Origin: Rubripirellula sp. | Lineage (GTDB): Bacteria; Planctomycetota; Planctomycetia; Pirellulales; Pirellulaceae | Direction: 5' to 3' | Assembly (NCBI GenBank): GCA_965216875.1 | Contig: OZ244207.1 | Span: 2,368,001 to 2,432,000 of the forward strand | DNA length: 64,000 nt | Part shown: piece after piece, positions 19,626-30,505 of the stretch | Layout of the letters: each line of letters opens with the position of its first letter | How positions within the stretch are numbered: position 1 is the stretch's first letter | The notes under the pieces: model-generated | The model's database searches: none | What the model saw: the letters and a program-made list of their open reading frames with translations, nothing else | What the model was told of the DNA's origin: nothing | Translations under genes and position numbers: made by a program

Positions 19626-20597
19626 TTAGGCCGAGGTCGCTGGTTGGTAGTCGCGTGATGTCTTGCGACCACGTTTGCATTGATACATCAAATCATCGGC
19701 AAGCGTCCACGCATCGGCAAGTGACTTTGAAGGTTCGCGATGAGCCAAGCCAATGGATGCTTGCAGCCCCGCCTCTGCCAGCGATGCTTCAAGACGCGAC
19801 ACGAGCTTGCGTCCTTGCTCGGTATCACACTGAACTGCGAGAACAGCGAATTCATCGCCCCCAACGCGTGCAAGGACATCACACTCACGAGTGGCTGCCT
19901 TGATCGCATGTGCCGCTTTGACGATCACTTCGTCCCCGCTGCTGTGACCAAATTTGTCATTGATGATCTTGAGGCCATCGAGATCAATCGCGAGAACGGA
20001 AGCCTGGTTCCCGTAGTCACGGCAACGCTCTTCTTCGCCTGACAACAACATGTCCCAACCGCGGCGATTGTAAAGTCCGGTCAATGAATCGGTCGAAGCT
20101 TCCATTTCGGCCCGTTCCGCCCTCCGCATTTCCGATTCCGCGCGCAGTTCCGACGATAGAATCGTTCCGAGCATCCGCGAGATCAGTTCGAGTTGCGGTA
20201 GCTCGTAGATCAAGTCGTCCGATTGCTTCTTGGGATCAATCGCACACAACGTTCCAAATAGCGTTCCGTCGGGTTTCGTCAGCGGCAGCCCAACATACGC
20301 CTCAATGTCGACTTGGCGACCAATGGGTGCCTCAAGATAGGCCGGAACCAAGCCAGAGTTGGGTGCGATGCAAGGCCCGAGCCCTTCCACCATCCGCGAG
20401 CAAAAGGAATCGGTCCAATTGAAGACGTCACCTTCCTTGACGTCGTACCCGTGATCTTCCGCTTGCAGGACAATCCAATCGTTGCCCTCAGTTCGAGTCA
20501 CCATCCAGAGCGAGAACCCGAGTCGCTCATGGAGGTAGCTGAGTACTTCCTTCGATGTCGCGCGAAAATTTGCATACGGACTGAATGTTCCAAGCAT
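19626..20597 (-). CDS. GAF-domain diguanylate cyclase
   Basis: GAF (DSFC, AYVGLPL, GTLCAID); DSLTGLYNRR, DLDGLK.IND.FGH, RECD I-site, GGDEF. Confidence 0.9.
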   Translation of the reverse strand: MLGTFSPYANFRATSKEVLSYLHERLGFSLWMVTRTEGNDWIVLQAEDHGYDVKEGDVFNWTDSFCSRMVEGLGPCIAPNSGLVPAYLEAPIGRQVDIEAYVGLPLTKPDGTLFGTLCAIDPKKQSDDLIYELPQLELISRMLGTILSSELRAESEMRRAERAEMEASTDSLTGLYNRRGWDMLLSGEEERCRDYGNQASVLAIDLDGLKIINDKFGHSSGDEVIVKAAHAIKAATRECDVLARVGGDEFAVLAVQCDTEQGRKLVSRLEASLAEAGLQASIGLAHREPSKSLADAWTLADDLMYQCKRGRKTSRDYQPATSA

Positions 20598-20834
20598 CTG
20601 TCTGCCCCACTGATGTCGTTGCTCGTTTTGGCTCGGTCTTTCGACGACAACGATTCAAGCCGCCCACTACGTTGCCAGGGAAACCCTAGCTTCGAAACCG
20701 GCGGGGCACTCACAAACCTTAACGCTTTTGCTGCGGGTAGCCGCATCCGTGTTTTGTCAGGCGGTTCGTACCGAATGGACCGGTTAAACCTCGTACAATT
20801 GCGGTCTCGCGCAGTCCCCGCCTCCATCCCGCCA

Positions 20835-22277
20835 ATGAAAACCAACGCGATGCTTCCTCGACGACTCTACGGAATCCTCACCGCATGCTTCGCAGCAATC
20901 ATCTGTTGCGATGGACTCTCGGCCGCGCCTCCGAACATCCTGTTCATCGCCGCGGATGACTTGAGGTGTGATCTCGGATCCTACGGTAACACGGATGTGA
21001 TGACTCCAAACCTCGATCGACTCGCAGACCGAAGCGTGCAATTCAATCGAGCCTATTGCCAACAAGCCGTTTGCAATCCGTCGCGCTCGTCACTGTTGAC
21101 CGGCAAGCGTCCCGACACCCTTCGACTCTGGAACCTCGGCAAACACTTTCGCGATGAGTTGCCAGACGTAGTGACGCTTCCGCAGTATTTCAAACAACAG
21201 GGCTACTTTGCCCAGAACATTGGCAAGGTGTTTCACAATTGGCAAACCAAAGTGAAAGGGGATCCGCCATCTTGGAGTGTCCCTGCCGTCATGCATTACG
21301 CACGGCATGGTGACGATGCTGCAAAGTCCGACGAGCCACTCGCCGAGAACTTCGCATCAGATAAAAAATGCGAATGCCGCGACGTCCCTGACGACGCCTA
21401 TTTCGATGGCCGCATCGCGCACATGGCAGTCGAAGCCATCAAACAACGCTCGGAATCGGATACGCCTTTCTTTCTTGCCGTTGGATTCTGGAAACCGCAC
21501 GCCCCCTTCAACGCTCCGAAAAAATACTGGGACCTGTACGATCGCAGCAAAATCAGCATGCCGCACCCTTCTTCCTGGCCCAAGGATGCGCCGCGCATCG
21601 CATGGCACAATGGACGAGAATTGCTGGGGACGCCGGCACGAAAACTCACCGATGACGCAATCCTCGAGATGCGTCACGGCTACCTCGCCGCAATCAGCTA
21701 CCTCGATGCTCAAATCGGGAAAGTACTCGACGCGATCGACGATGCCGGCCTGGCCGATGACACGATCATCGTTTTCTGGTCCGACCATGGGTACCACCTG
21801 GGCGAACAAACGCTCTGGGCAAAGACATCCAATTTCGAACTTGATGCACGCGTCCCGCTGATGATTTCGACACCCGATACTGTCTCCGGCCAATGCGACT
21901 CGGTCGTCGAACTCCTTGACCTTTACCCGACGCTGGTTGACCTCGCAGGACTTCCAGCGAAACACGGCCTCGAAGGCAAGAGCTTGACGCCCCTTCTAAA
22001 GAATCCAACCAAATCATCCGACACGGTTGCTCTCACCCAACACCCACGACCGGCCTATTTCAAAGGTTCGTATGAGACGATGGGCTATTCACTCCGGTCC
22101 AACCGCTTTCGCTACACCGAGTGGCGCGCGGCGAAGACCGACAAACTGGTAGCCCGTGAATTGTATGACCACCGGGATGATCCCTACGAAACGGTCAATG
22201 TCATCAACAAAGCGATCTTCCAATCCGAGGTCGAGGGAATGGCCAAGCGACTCCATGAAATTCGCTTGCGCAAATGA
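20835..22277 (+). CDS. Sulfatase (iduronate-2-sulfatase/choline-sulfatase-like)
   Basis: PNILFIAADDLR, CNPSRSSLLTG (CxPxR), GKVFH, KPHAPF, SDHG; real start about 20835/20850. Confidence 0.9.
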   Translation: MKTNAMLPRRLYGILTACFAAIICCDGLSAAPPNILFIAADDLRCDLGSYGNTDVMTPNLDRLADRSVQFNRAYCQQAVCNPSRSSLLTGKRPDTLRLWNLGKHFRDELPDVVTLPQYFKQQGYFAQNIGKVFHNWQTKVKGDPPSWSVPAVMHYARHGDDAAKSDEPLAENFASDKKCECRDVPDDAYFDGRIAHMAVEAIKQRSESDTPFFLAVGFWKPHAPFNAPKKYWDLYDRSKISMPHPSSWPKDAPRIAWHNGRELLGTPARKLTDDAILEMRHGYLAAISYLDAQIGKVLDAIDDAGLADDTIIVFWSDHGYHLGEQTLWAKTSNFELDARVPLMISTPDTVSGQCDSVVELLDLYPTLVDLAGLPAKHGLEGKSLTPLLKNPTKSSDTVALTQHPRPAYFKGSYETMGYSLRSNRFRYTEWRAAKTDKLVARELYDHRDDPYETVNVINKAIFQSEVEGMAKRLHEIRLRK

Positions 22278-22292
22278 GGGACGCAAAAAGCG

Positions 22293-23456
22293 TTACAACG
22301 TCCACTTGGCTTGCCGCAAAACCGCACGTGCGGAGCCTTTCATTTTTTCGTACCAAACAGTGAGCAGCGTGCCGTCGCTGAGCTGGACAGTACTTGGGTA
22401 ACCCAAGTCGCCTCCGACCCCGTCGTCAGAAATCACAATAGGGTCGCTCCAGGTTTCTCCCTGATCGCTGCTTACCCGAGCCTGCACACCAAACGGTGGT
22501 CGGCGGTGCCCGTAACTCATCAGGAGTCTGTCGTCGGCCAGCCGCACAAGATGGGACGGCAGTCCCCAAACACCAATCGATCTTGGCGTGCTCCAAGTCT
22601 CCCCACCGTCGGTCGATTCACTTTGCAATGTTTCTCGAGCGTTCGTTCGGTTGTGATTGCGAACGTGTGCGATCAACTTGCCATCGCCAGCTTCCACGGC
22701 GTGAAGTTCGTGGTAGTTCGCTGGATCATCGCCCTCGCGAGTCGGCAGCGCCGCCAGCCATCGCCACGATTGCCCATCATCGTCAGACACACAGAAGCCA
22801 CACCGTCGCTCGCCCGTCCAAAGTTCCTTGCCTGCATAGAGCAGCCGACCGTCGGCAAGTTGGTTGGGACCATGCGGACTGTTTACGATGCTCGAGTAAC
22901 GCTTGGACCAAGTGACTCCACCATCAGTCGATCGAATCATCCACTGGCCGAGCTCTGCTTTCCGATGCGCCGCGTCAAGGCGTCGATGCGCCGATGCCCA
23001 GCGTCGCATTTTCTCACTGACAGTTTGACCGGAACCAGCGGCGATCTGCTCGACCGCCGCATTGAGTTCGTCTGTTTCATAAGCAAGTGACGTGAACGTG
23101 GTCACCAACAACGTGCCCTTGGCGGTGACAGTAATCCCGGCATCTCGATCGTCGATCGGTCCGTCGATCAACGTTCGAGGATAGGTCCATGTTTCGCCGT
23201 TGTCGGTCGAACGTATCATTTCAACGCGGCCAAACGGGCAAACGTGCTGTTCGCGCCCACCGGAATAGACGACCAAGAGCTCGCCATTGTTGCGTCGCGC
23301 AAGCGTCGGCCAGCCACAGTAAAGATTCGGCGTCGACGAGATCACTCGACGATCGATTGACCGGTTCGGCTGTGCGATCATCCGACCGGCAAACGCAATC
23401 GGTGATGCGGCTGCAATGAACTTGAGGGCAACACGACGAGACGTTGTTGTATCCAT
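22293..23456 (-). CDS. Sialidase/BNR Asp-box repeat protein with Tat-like signal
   Basis: SRRVALK signal; five S-x-D-x-G-x-[TS]-W Asp-boxes; GYPSTVQL. Confidence 0.85.
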   Translation of the reverse strand: MDTTTSRRVALKFIAAASPIAFAGRMIAQPNRSIDRRVISSTPNLYCGWPTLARRNNGELLVVYSGGREQHVCPFGRVEMIRSTDNGETWTYPRTLIDGPIDDRDAGITVTAKGTLLVTTFTSLAYETDELNAAVEQIAAGSGQTVSEKMRRWASAHRRLDAAHRKAELGQWMIRSTDGGVTWSKRYSSIVNSPHGPNQLADGRLLYAGKELWTGERRCGFCVSDDDGQSWRWLAALPTREGDDPANYHELHAVEAGDGKLIAHVRNHNRTNARETLQSESTDGGETWSTPRSIGVWGLPSHLVRLADDRLLMSYGHRRPPFGVQARVSSDQGETWSDPIVISDDGVGGDLGYPSTVQLSDGTLLTVWYEKMKGSARAVLRQAKWTL

Positions 23457-23520
23457 GAGTCAGCACGCTAGGAGGGAGGAAGCAGGTGGGGCGCTCATTC
23501 TAGACGATCCGACTGTCGAC

Positions 23521-23560
23521 GTAGGCCGGATCAAGGAGCGTCAGCAACGCAGATCCGGCA
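23521..23560 (+). repeat. REP-like palindrome family A (GTAGGCCGGATC...GATCCGGCA), copy 1
   Basis: Near-identical copies at 24083-24122 (reverse), 32134-32173 and 47521-47560. Confidence 0.85.
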
Positions 23561-23663
23561 AGCTCCCCAAATCACTGACCATCTTCTGTGTCGTGCACAA
23601 CAATCCCCACGCGCACTAAAATGGTCCCCTCACTCACCTGCCATCGAAATCGGGAAAAGGGCG

Positions 23664-23948
23664 TTGATCTATTCACGCGTACTGTCGGCAGCTGTTTGCG
23701 TCGTCTATTTCGCGTGGCGAGCGATCGAGGGCGACGTAATGGGCCGCCTGCTCGTAGGATTGTTCGGATACACCATGCTACTGGTGCTCATTTGGTTTCC
23801 TGATCCGTTCGCCAATGCGATCAGCGGCAACGTTTTTGTGAGTCCCACCATCAATCGAACCACTCCTGCCCGCTTTGTCGTCATTGGCGCTTGGTGCCTA
23901 CTCGTTGCGGGAATCAGCACCAACATCTACATCCTTGCAAATATGTAG
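23664..23948 (+). CDS. Small hypothetical membrane protein
   Basis: 94 aa, three hydrophobic segments, fills an intergenic gap; TTG start. Confidence 0.55.
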   Translation: MIYSRVLSAAVCVVYFAWRAIEGDVMGRLLVGLFGYTMLLVLIWFPDPFANAISGNVFVSPTINRTTPARFVVIGAWCLLVAGISTNIYILANM

Positions 23949-23952
23949 GCCT

Positions 23953-24068
23953 GTGAGCCGCCGGCCGTGAGGCCTCGGGCCCTACCCGACCTGCGCCAAA
24001 TTGAGTTTAGATTTGCGATTCAGTGCCCGGCCGCTTACGCGATCACGGCTCAATTAGGTGAATTCGGC
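23953..24068. repeat. Palindromic repeat family B (GTGAGCCG...CGGCTC), copy 1
   Basis: Homologous to 41447-41555. Confidence 0.75.
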
Positions 24069-24082
24069 TGGTCGTACGATCA

Positions 24083-24122
24083 TGCCGGATCTGCGTCGCT
24101 GTCGCTCCTTGATCCGGCCTAC
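24083..24122 (-). repeat. REP-like family A, copy 2
   Basis: Reverse complement of 47521-47560. Confidence 0.85.
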
Positions 24123-24127
24123 GGTGA

Positions 24128-24550
24128 CTATTCTTTCGGTGCAAACGCCGCTCTGGATTGGGCACGACTGAGAACTTCAAGTGCCCAAATACCCGTCGGT
24201 ATTCCTAGAACGACGAGCGGCGAGCAGCACGGAATGCAGCAGGTAAACGCGCCAAACCAAGCCAAGCGAAACGATCTGATTCTCATCATTTGGACCCCGC
24301 AATAGAACTGAAATGCGTGTACTAACAGCAGAAGGACTAGCTCCGGAACTGCTGGAGCCCCCATCCCTGCCGACCGCTCTTCAACGACCAGGACTACGAT
24401 GCCCAGCAGCTCAAACACTATGCTTGCGCCAGCGAATGTCATGATTGCTTTGGCTGGCCGCGTCAGGTAAGCAAGTGGATGATCATCCAACTCGGTCGAC
24501 TGGTCCGAGTCCGGCTCACTTACTGGGGGCGAATAGGGGTTCGTGTCCAA
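24128..24550 (-). CDS. Hypothetical membrane protein
   Basis: N-terminal NPYSPP, TM helices, CCIPCCSP..G.P.GIWAL motif. Confidence 0.7.
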   Translation of the reverse strand: MDTNPYSPPVSEPDSDQSTELDDHPLAYLTRPAKAIMTFAGASIVFELLGIVVLVVEERSAGMGAPAVPELVLLLLVHAFQFYCGVQMMRIRSFRLAWFGAFTCCIPCCSPLVVLGIPTGIWALEVLSRAQSRAAFAPKE

Positions 24551-24592
24551 GATGAACGCAGATGGTTGGGAGAATGTAGCCGGACGAAGATC

Positions 24593-24623
24593 GTAGCTAC
24601 CGTCGCCAGAAGCTGGTCGCTAC
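24593..24623 (+). repeat. REP-like family E, degenerate copy (GTAGCTAC...CGCCAGA)
   Basis: Similar to the left arm of 30425-30483. Confidence 0.5.
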
Positions 24624-24692
24624 GGGTGAGCGAGACCGTAGGTCATGCTGTGCATGACTGCCACAGATTGTCATGCACAGCATGACCTACGA

Positions 24693-25532
24693 CTATCCTT
24701 CGCGGAGACCTTCTTCGACTTGCGGCAGCTCGTCGAGCGATTCGATGCCGAAGAGGACGAGAAACCGTTCGGTTGGATAGTAATGGGGCACTGCGCGACC
24801 CCCCTTCTCGGGTTTCACTCGTTCGATCCTCAGAAGCTGTCGGCGAACGAGTTGATTCAAGAGCGAACCGCTCTCTCGACCGCGTTGATCCTGGACCTTC
24901 TGAGCGTTGATGCCTGGTTGGTAAGCGACCAACGACAAAACCTCGATACAGGACTGACTCAGCCTTGCTTCACGCACTTTGCCGAGAAACGAGCGACGAA
25001 CTCCCTCGACCTCGGGCGCGATCGCCATCCGGTATCCATGCTCGTCGCTAACAATCCTGATCCCTTGATCGGCTTCTCGATACGATTCGTTGAGGCGTTC
25101 GATACACTCGATCGTTTCTTCGGGTGTGAAGTCGCGAATCAAAGAAGCAAGACGTTGTTCCGTCAGCGCCTGGTTGTCGGGATGGCCAACAAACAGCGCG
25201 CCCTCAATGATCGCCTCGGGTGTGACGAGCTCGTCTTCGTCAGCCTCTTCCTCCTCGGCGGCCTCGTCGTCAGACGCGACCGCTTCTTCGTCTGCCTCTT
25301 CGTTCTCCTCGGGATCGGGAGCGAATGCATCGGGGTCGTGTTCGGCAGCCGCTTTCGCGTAGGCCGCGCCGAGATCATCGAGCGAGAGTTCTTCGTCTTC
25401 GAAGTCGCCTGATTCATCATCCGCAACCTCGTCAGCACCTTCGATCAAAGGTGCGTCGGAAGCGGAGCGGGATTCATCACCGATTTGATCGTCGTCGTCG
25501 CGATCTGGCTCGGCAACTTCGTCGTCCGACAT
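24693..25532 (-). CDS. scpB: SMC-Scp complex subunit ScpB with long acidic N-terminal extension
   Basis: IIEGALFV, LSQSCIEVLSLVAYQPGI, RG..S..L.QL, Y.PTERFLVLFGIESLDELP. Confidence 0.85.
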   Translation of the reverse strand: MSDDEVAEPDRDDDDQIGDESRSASDAPLIEGADEVADDESGDFEDEELSLDDLGAAYAKAAAEHDPDAFAPDPEENEEADEEAVASDDEAAEEEEADEDELVTPEAIIEGALFVGHPDNQALTEQRLASLIRDFTPEETIECIERLNESYREADQGIRIVSDEHGYRMAIAPEVEGVRRSFLGKVREARLSQSCIEVLSLVAYQPGINAQKVQDQRGRESGSLLNQLVRRQLLRIERVKPEKGGRAVPHYYPTERFLVLFGIESLDELPQVEEGLREG

Positions 25533-25538
25533 GATTGA

Positions 25539-26273
25539 CTAGACCCATTCCTGGATGGTTGGTTTGATCACCACTTCGGGCACGTTGGCTCGAGGCGGCA
25601 GATTGCAGATCGTGACCACAACCGAAGCGATGTCTTCAGGTTGCAGGATCGCATCTTTGTGCTCCTGCGAAACGGGCGTTGGACGGTTTTCGAGGATCGG
25701 CGTATTCACTTCGCCGGGGTAGACGTTGGTGATACGAACGCCTTCGTGACGCACTTCATTTGAAACCGCCGTTCCCAACGCAGTCATGGCAAACTTGCTG
25801 GCACAATAGACGACACCGCCCAGTGTGATCGCCCGTTTCCCCGCGACCGAAGAGATATTGACCACCAGTCCGTCTTTGCGTTCACGCATCGCGGGTAGGA
25901 CTTGGTGCATACAGCGGTAGGCACCGCTGGCGTTGATCTGCAATACACGGTCCCAATCGGCCGGATCCATCTCGGCCATCGTCCGCTTTTGAATGTTGAT
26001 TCCGGCGCTATTGACCAGAATGTCGACGTCACCCACGTTCTCGCGGACATCGGCAAAGAAGGCATCCACGCTGTCGGGCGATGCGACATCGATCACATGT
26101 GTGCGAACGGGATGGGCGCCCGAAATTGACCCAGCCACTTCCTCAAGCTTTTTGATTCGACGTCCGCCGATCGTCACCTTGCACCCCGCCTCAGCAAGGC
26201 CTCGCGCAATTCCTGATCCAATCCCGGTACCACCACCGGTGATGGCAACCACTTTCCCGGCCAACTCGCTCAC
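25539..26273 (-). CDS. SDR family oxidoreductase
   Basis: TGGGTGIG, LVNSAG, NISS, YCASK; likely GTG start at 26273. Confidence 0.9.
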   Translation of the reverse strand: MSELAGKVVAITGGGTGIGSGIARGLAEAGCKVTIGGRRIKKLEEVAGSISGAHPVRTHVIDVASPDSVDAFFADVRENVGDVDILVNSAGINIQKRTMAEMDPADWDRVLQINASGAYRCMHQVLPAMRERKDGLVVNISSVAGKRAITLGGVVYCASKFAMTALGTAVSNEVRHEGVRITNVYPGEVNTPILENRPTPVSQEHKDAILQPEDIASVVVTICNLPPRANVPEVVIKPTIQEWV

Positions 26274-26368
26274 GTGAATCTCTTTCTTGAAAAAACCATC
26301 TCGGATGTCTCTGTCAACGATCGGAGTGTAACAGAGAACCAGGTTTTCTCGAAGAGAGCGTGAAGAAT

Positions 26369-26451
26369 GTAGGGTGTGTGCTTGCACGCACCACTACTCG
26401 ACACCCCCGAGCCAGCCTAGGTGATTTGGTGCGTGCAAGCACACACCCTAC
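26369..26451. repeat. REP-like doublet family D: perfect 25-bp inverted repeat
   Basis: GTAGGGTGTGTGCTTGCACGCACCA (26369-26393) and its reverse complement (26427-26451). Confidence 0.85.
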
Positions 26452-26454
26452 TGT

Positions 26455-27813
26455 CTAAGCCAGTCCGGTGAGCGCGCCTTGGCCGCAGTAGTCAGGATTG
26501 CCGAAGCTCTCTTCTGGGTAACCCATCGCTTCGGTGATCGACAGCAACAACCGATTGTGGGCTTCGTGCTTGAATTTCTTTGCTTGGCCCATTTTGAAGC
26601 CCAAGCCGCCACCGACCATCACGAACGGAATGTCGTTACGTGTGTGCGAGTTGCCTTTGCCCAGCTCGTTGGTCCAGACGATCGTTGTGTTGTCGAGCAA
26701 CGAACCGCCGCCACCCGGTTCAGGCGTCTCGGCCAATCGCTTCGCCAAATAGGCCACCTGCTCGCCGTACCAGGTGTTGATCTTGATCAACTTTTCGTAC
26801 GAATCCTCGTCTTTGTCAGGCTTGTGCGACAACGAGTGGTGTCCGTCATCGATATCGAGCCAACGCATCTTCGGATTGCCAACGCTGTTGGTGATTTGGA
26901 ACGATGCGATCCGACTGAAGTCAGCCACGAAACTGTTGACTAACAGATCCGCCTGCATGCGGCTGATCTGAGGCATGTTGTCGTTTTGCTCTTCGACGTT
27001 CGGTGGCAACTTGGGCACGGCATGCTGTGGCAGTTGCTCGGCCGCTTGTTCGCTTCCGCTGCTCTTTTTCTTCTCGGCAGCCAACTCCGATTGCAGTTCC
27101 TTTTCGACCGAACGCACCATCGCAATGTGCTCGTCAAGAATCCGACGATCTTCACTACTCACGATCTTTTGCACGCGAGCGAATTCGTCGCCGAGATCAT
27201 CCAACACACTGGCCAACATTTGTCGGTTTGCAGTTTGACCGTAGAGTTTGTCAAACATTTGGTAGGGATCGCTAATGGGCGCGACCGGCTGGTTTGGACC
27301 GGCGTAGCTCATACGAGTCCAGGTGTCGGCGCGATCAGGAACCATCACACCAAATTCGAGTGAGCCGAATCGCGTCCGCGTCGCCGCATCGGCTTGCAGT
27401 TTGTTCTTGAGGTGTTGGTCAACGGAAATGCCTTGCGACCAACCAGCGGGTGTGTCCGATCCACCTTGGACGTCACCGGGGAAGAGTTCGACCCCAGTCA
27501 ACAGGCAACCGATGCCACGCATGTGGCCGTCACCATCACCTTTGATCTTGTTGTCAATGCCTTGCAGCGTCAGTAGCTGTTGCTTGAAGGGATCGAGCGG
27601 AGCGAGGATGCGTTTGAGATCTTTGTGCTGACCTTCTTCATCAGGCCAAAAGTGTTTGGGGATGACACCGTTTGGGCTGAAGACGAACACCAGTCGCTGC
27701 TTGCGTTTGGCCGTCGCTGCGTAACCCAAGCTTGGCAGCGCAAACAGGAAGTTTGCGGCTGCGGCTGAAACGCCAAGGTTTCGGACGAATTCGCGTCGTG
27801 ATGAATGAGACAT
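26455..27813 (-). CDS. DUF1552 domain protein (Tat signal)
   Basis: SRREFVR signal, [36 protein letters not shown] 27813. Confidence 0.85.
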   Translation of the reverse strand: MSHSSRREFVRNLGVSAAAANFLFALPSLGYAATAKRKQRLVFVFSPNGVIPKHFWPDEEGQHKDLKRILAPLDPFKQQLLTLQGIDNKIKGDGDGHMRGIGCLLTGVELFPGDVQGGSDTPAGWSQGISVDQHLKNKLQADAATRTRFGSLEFGVMVPDRADTWTRMSYAGPNQPVAPISDPYQMFDKLYGQTANRQMLASVLDDLGDEFARVQKIVSSEDRRILDEHIAMVRSVEKELQSELAAEKKKSSGSEQAAEQLPQHAVPKLPPNVEEQNDNMPQISRMQADLLVNSFVADFSRIASFQITNSVGNPKMRWLDIDDGHHSLSHKPDKDEDSYEKLIKINTWYGEQVAYLAKRLAETPEPGGGGSLLDNTTIVWTNELGKGNSHTRNDIPFVMVGGGLGFKMGQAKKFKHEAHNRLLLSITEAMGYPEESFGNPDYCGQGALTGLA

Positions 27814-27871
27814 CTTGCTTATCCTCGTGGCTATTCCACACGCGACGGGCAATGCCCGTGGCGGCGAAGTG

Positions 27872-30184
27872 TTACGTCTTATTCTTTTCAGTAGGGTGGG
27901 AAGCGGCAAGCACCGCGATTTCGACGACCAAATCACGAATGTTGAAGCCACTGTCGATGAACTTCTGGGTCAATTCTTCGTGAGCGTCTTTGCCAAAGGC
28001 GGCGATCGGTTGTTTCACGAAGTGCTCGAAAGCGGCTTCGACAAACGACCTGTGGCAGTCTCGGCTGCCGGCAAGGTAGTCGGCAAGTTGGCGGGCATCC
28101 GCGAAAGCAATCTTCTTTCCTTCGCGGTCGACGTAGCTGCCTGAGGCATCGACGTCTTTCTTGTTGTCTTGCAGTCGAAATCGACCGACCGGATCGTAGT
28201 TCTCCAGCGTAAAGCCAACAGAATTGATCTTCTGGTGGCATACCTGACAGTCCACATCGCCTGTTTGCATTTCAACCCGCTCGCGGGTGGTCAGGTCCGG
28301 ATGCAATTTGGCATCTAACGGAGCAAAGGCCGCGTTGGGGGGACGGATCGTTCGCCCCAAAACGTGCCGATAAAGCAGGATGCCACGGTGAATCGGCGAG
28401 GTCGAGTCGTGGTGTGCGAAACTGGCCATCAACAAGGGGTGAGTGATCGCGCCGGCACGAGTTTTTGAGTCGCTGACACTCCGGTGAAGTGCGTTTTCAG
28501 TTTGATTCTTGTCGTCCGATGCCTTCCAACCGTCGCCATAGAAAGCAGCGAGGCGTTGATTGGTGTAGGTCCAATCGGCTTGCAACAGTTGCCGATAGTC
28601 ACTGTTTTCACTCGCGATCACATCGTCAACGAAGGCGTCAAATGATCCTCGCAGGTCGGCGACGAGTCGCTGGTCAAATCCCGGAAACAGTTCTTCGCTC
28701 TTCGAGATCTCTTGCAGGTCGCCCATGTGCAACCACTGGTAGAGCAATTCGCGAATCTTGGTTTCACAACGAGGGTCGCGAGCCATCTGAATCGCTGCAC
28801 TCCTCACTTGGGCATCGTTGCCAAGTTGCCCCTTCGCAATCTTGGTGATCAACCACTGATCGGACGGAAGCGAATCAAACAAGACCAACGCGAGCTGGTT
28901 GGCAGTGCGTTGCGAATCGCTCTGTCCCAAATCGAGTGACGGGTACAGGAACATCGGTGACTTGAGACCGATCAACAGCGATCGTTTGATCGCTTCGGCA
29001 TCGTCTTCAGCAACCGCAAGCTGGTTGTCGATGTAAAGTTTTCGTTGCTGGTCGCTCAGCGGATTACGGAAAGCGATCGTCAACGCCTCATCGAGGAAGC
29101 TCCGCAGCTGAGCGCGGTCCTTGTCGTCCTTGCCACGCTGCTTGCGTTTGTAGCGAGGCCAAAGTTCGCTGGCAGCCGCCTCGGCAAATTCAATCGCAGC
29201 CGCCGTCGTTGATTCATCCCATTGGCGATGAATGGCGATCCCACGTTCGTAGCCATAGCTCCGGTCGTCGGCGGGCAGCTTGGTTTGCAACGAGAACTGT
29301 GGCGGCAAAAAGGTCGGAATCAGATTGCGCTGCGGGATGATCTCTTCAACACCACCGGGCGGCTTCCACGAGAGCGACACCTTCGCTGGCGGCTGCTCGG
29401 TCTTCCGCTTGCGTTGAATGAACTCAAGTTTGAACGGATAGCTTCGCCCGGCGGTCAGGGCAACCGTTCGACGAAATTCAGTCTTCCCTTCACTTTGCAC
29501 ATGATTGTTGACGAGCTCGCGATCAGAGTGACCAAACCGCAACATGCACGAGCAGGTCGATCGCAAGACGATTTCGTAACGCCCACTGTGTTGGACCTTC
29601 AGTGATCCTTCCCAAAGGATGTAAAAGTCCTTGGCGTCAATCTCGGCACCAGGCCCTTCCTTCTTGAAGTCGAAATCAAGAACCGGGTCGACACGTTCGA
29701 TTCGGATTTTGTCTTTCTTCCAACGCGAACCGGTGAAGTAAGTTCCTTCAATGCCGCTTCTCTTTTCTCCCCATGGTGTGCCGGCAAAATGACCGTAAAC
29801 GTCGGCCAAACTTTGCCGAAGCTGGTCGGCGGTCAACCGAGCAAGCCCAACACGCGGGGGACGATTGCGGATGCGGGCCGCTTCGCTGTAAAAAGCGTGA
29901 TGGATGTAGCTGGCCACTGACGCTGCATCTTCACCGACACAAGTATCGGGATCTTCTTCCGGCATCGTGTCGCTGATGATGTCGGTCAATTCACCAATCG
30001 AAGAATCACCAATCAGCGGATCGTCGTAGGATCCGGCAACGCCTTGCCCTTTCTCTCCGTGGCACGAAGCGCACGACTCGGTGTAGATGCGTTTGCCGCG
30101 TTCGAGAATCTCTTCTTGGGCGATCGCCGACGACGTCAGAACCGAGAGAGCGAGAAGTGCAATGAGGAAACGTGGCTGGGACAT
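27872..30184 (-). CDS. Cytochrome c / PA14 / DUF1592-DUF1588 domain protein
   Basis: CASCH and CQVCH motifs, PA14-like region, [27 protein letters not shown]; likely start 30184. Confidence 0.85.
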   Translation of the reverse strand: MSQPRFLIALLALSVLTSSAIAQEEILERGKRIYTESCASCHGEKGQGVAGSYDDPLIGDSSIGELTDIISDTMPEEDPDTCVGEDAASVASYIHHAFYSEAARIRNRPPRVGLARLTADQLRQSLADVYGHFAGTPWGEKRSGIEGTYFTGSRWKKDKIRIERVDPVLDFDFKKEGPGAEIDAKDFYILWEGSLKVQHSGRYEIVLRSTCSCMLRFGHSDRELVNNHVQSEGKTEFRRTVALTAGRSYPFKLEFIQRKRKTEQPPAKVSLSWKPPGGVEEIIPQRNLIPTFLPPQFSLQTKLPADDRSYGYERGIAIHRQWDESTTAAAIEFAEAAASELWPRYKRKQRGKDDKDRAQLRSFLDEALTIAFRNPLSDQQRKLYIDNQLAVAEDDAEAIKRSLLIGLKSPMFLYPSLDLGQSDSQRTANQLALVLFDSLPSDQWLITKIAKGQLGNDAQVRSAAIQMARDPRCETKIRELLYQWLHMGDLQEISKSEELFPGFDQRLVADLRGSFDAFVDDVIASENSDYRQLLQADWTYTNQRLAAFYGDGWKASDDKNQTENALHRSVSDSKTRAGAITHPLLMASFAHHDSTSPIHRGILLYRHVLGRTIRPPNAAFAPLDAKLHPDLTTRERVEMQTGDVDCQVCHQKINSVGFTLENYDPVGRFRLQDNKKDVDASGSYVDREGKKIAFADARQLADYLAGSRDCHRSFVEAAFEHFVKQPIAAFGKDAHEELTQKFIDSGFNIRDLVVEIAVLAASHPTEKNKT

Positions 30185-30424
30185 AGTCCGCCGGCAACGC
30201 GGCCGCGTCGCACCGGCAAAATCTCTTTTGATGTTGGTAAGGCAGGTCCAGGAACAGGCGTCCCTAGAGGATTCAGGCGGGACTGCCAGTATAAACGCAA
30301 CCGCATATCGCACCTAGTAGAGAATGCTGCGACGGCCGGACGCAGGGCATCGGGTGCGGAAATCAGGGGATTCTTGGCCTGATTGTGACGGATCTACTGG
30401 ACTGCAGCGTGGAAAATCTTCACC

Positions 30425-30483
30425 GTAGCTACGCTCGCCAGAGCGTGGTCAAGCTGCGACCACCTTCTGGCGAAGGTAGCTAC
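30425..30483. repeat. REP-like doublet family E (GTAGCTAC...GTAGCTAC inverted repeat)
   Basis: GTAGCTACGCTCGCCAGAGCGTGG / CCACCTTCTGGCGAAGGTAGCTAC. Confidence 0.8.
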
Positions 30484-30505
30484 ATGAATGCGGATGCCGC
30501 CCTCG

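Noticed and set aside
20313..20834. 654-aa version of the sulfatase ORF
   Set aside because: The extension overlaps the opposite-strand GGDEF gene; the signal peptide and sulfatase homology begin near 20835
26455..30184. DUF1592-DUF1552 pair (and DUF1553-DUF1501 at 51765-56481) as a new system
   Set aside because: Function is unknown, but these are well-known, highly paralogous gene pairs in planctomycetes
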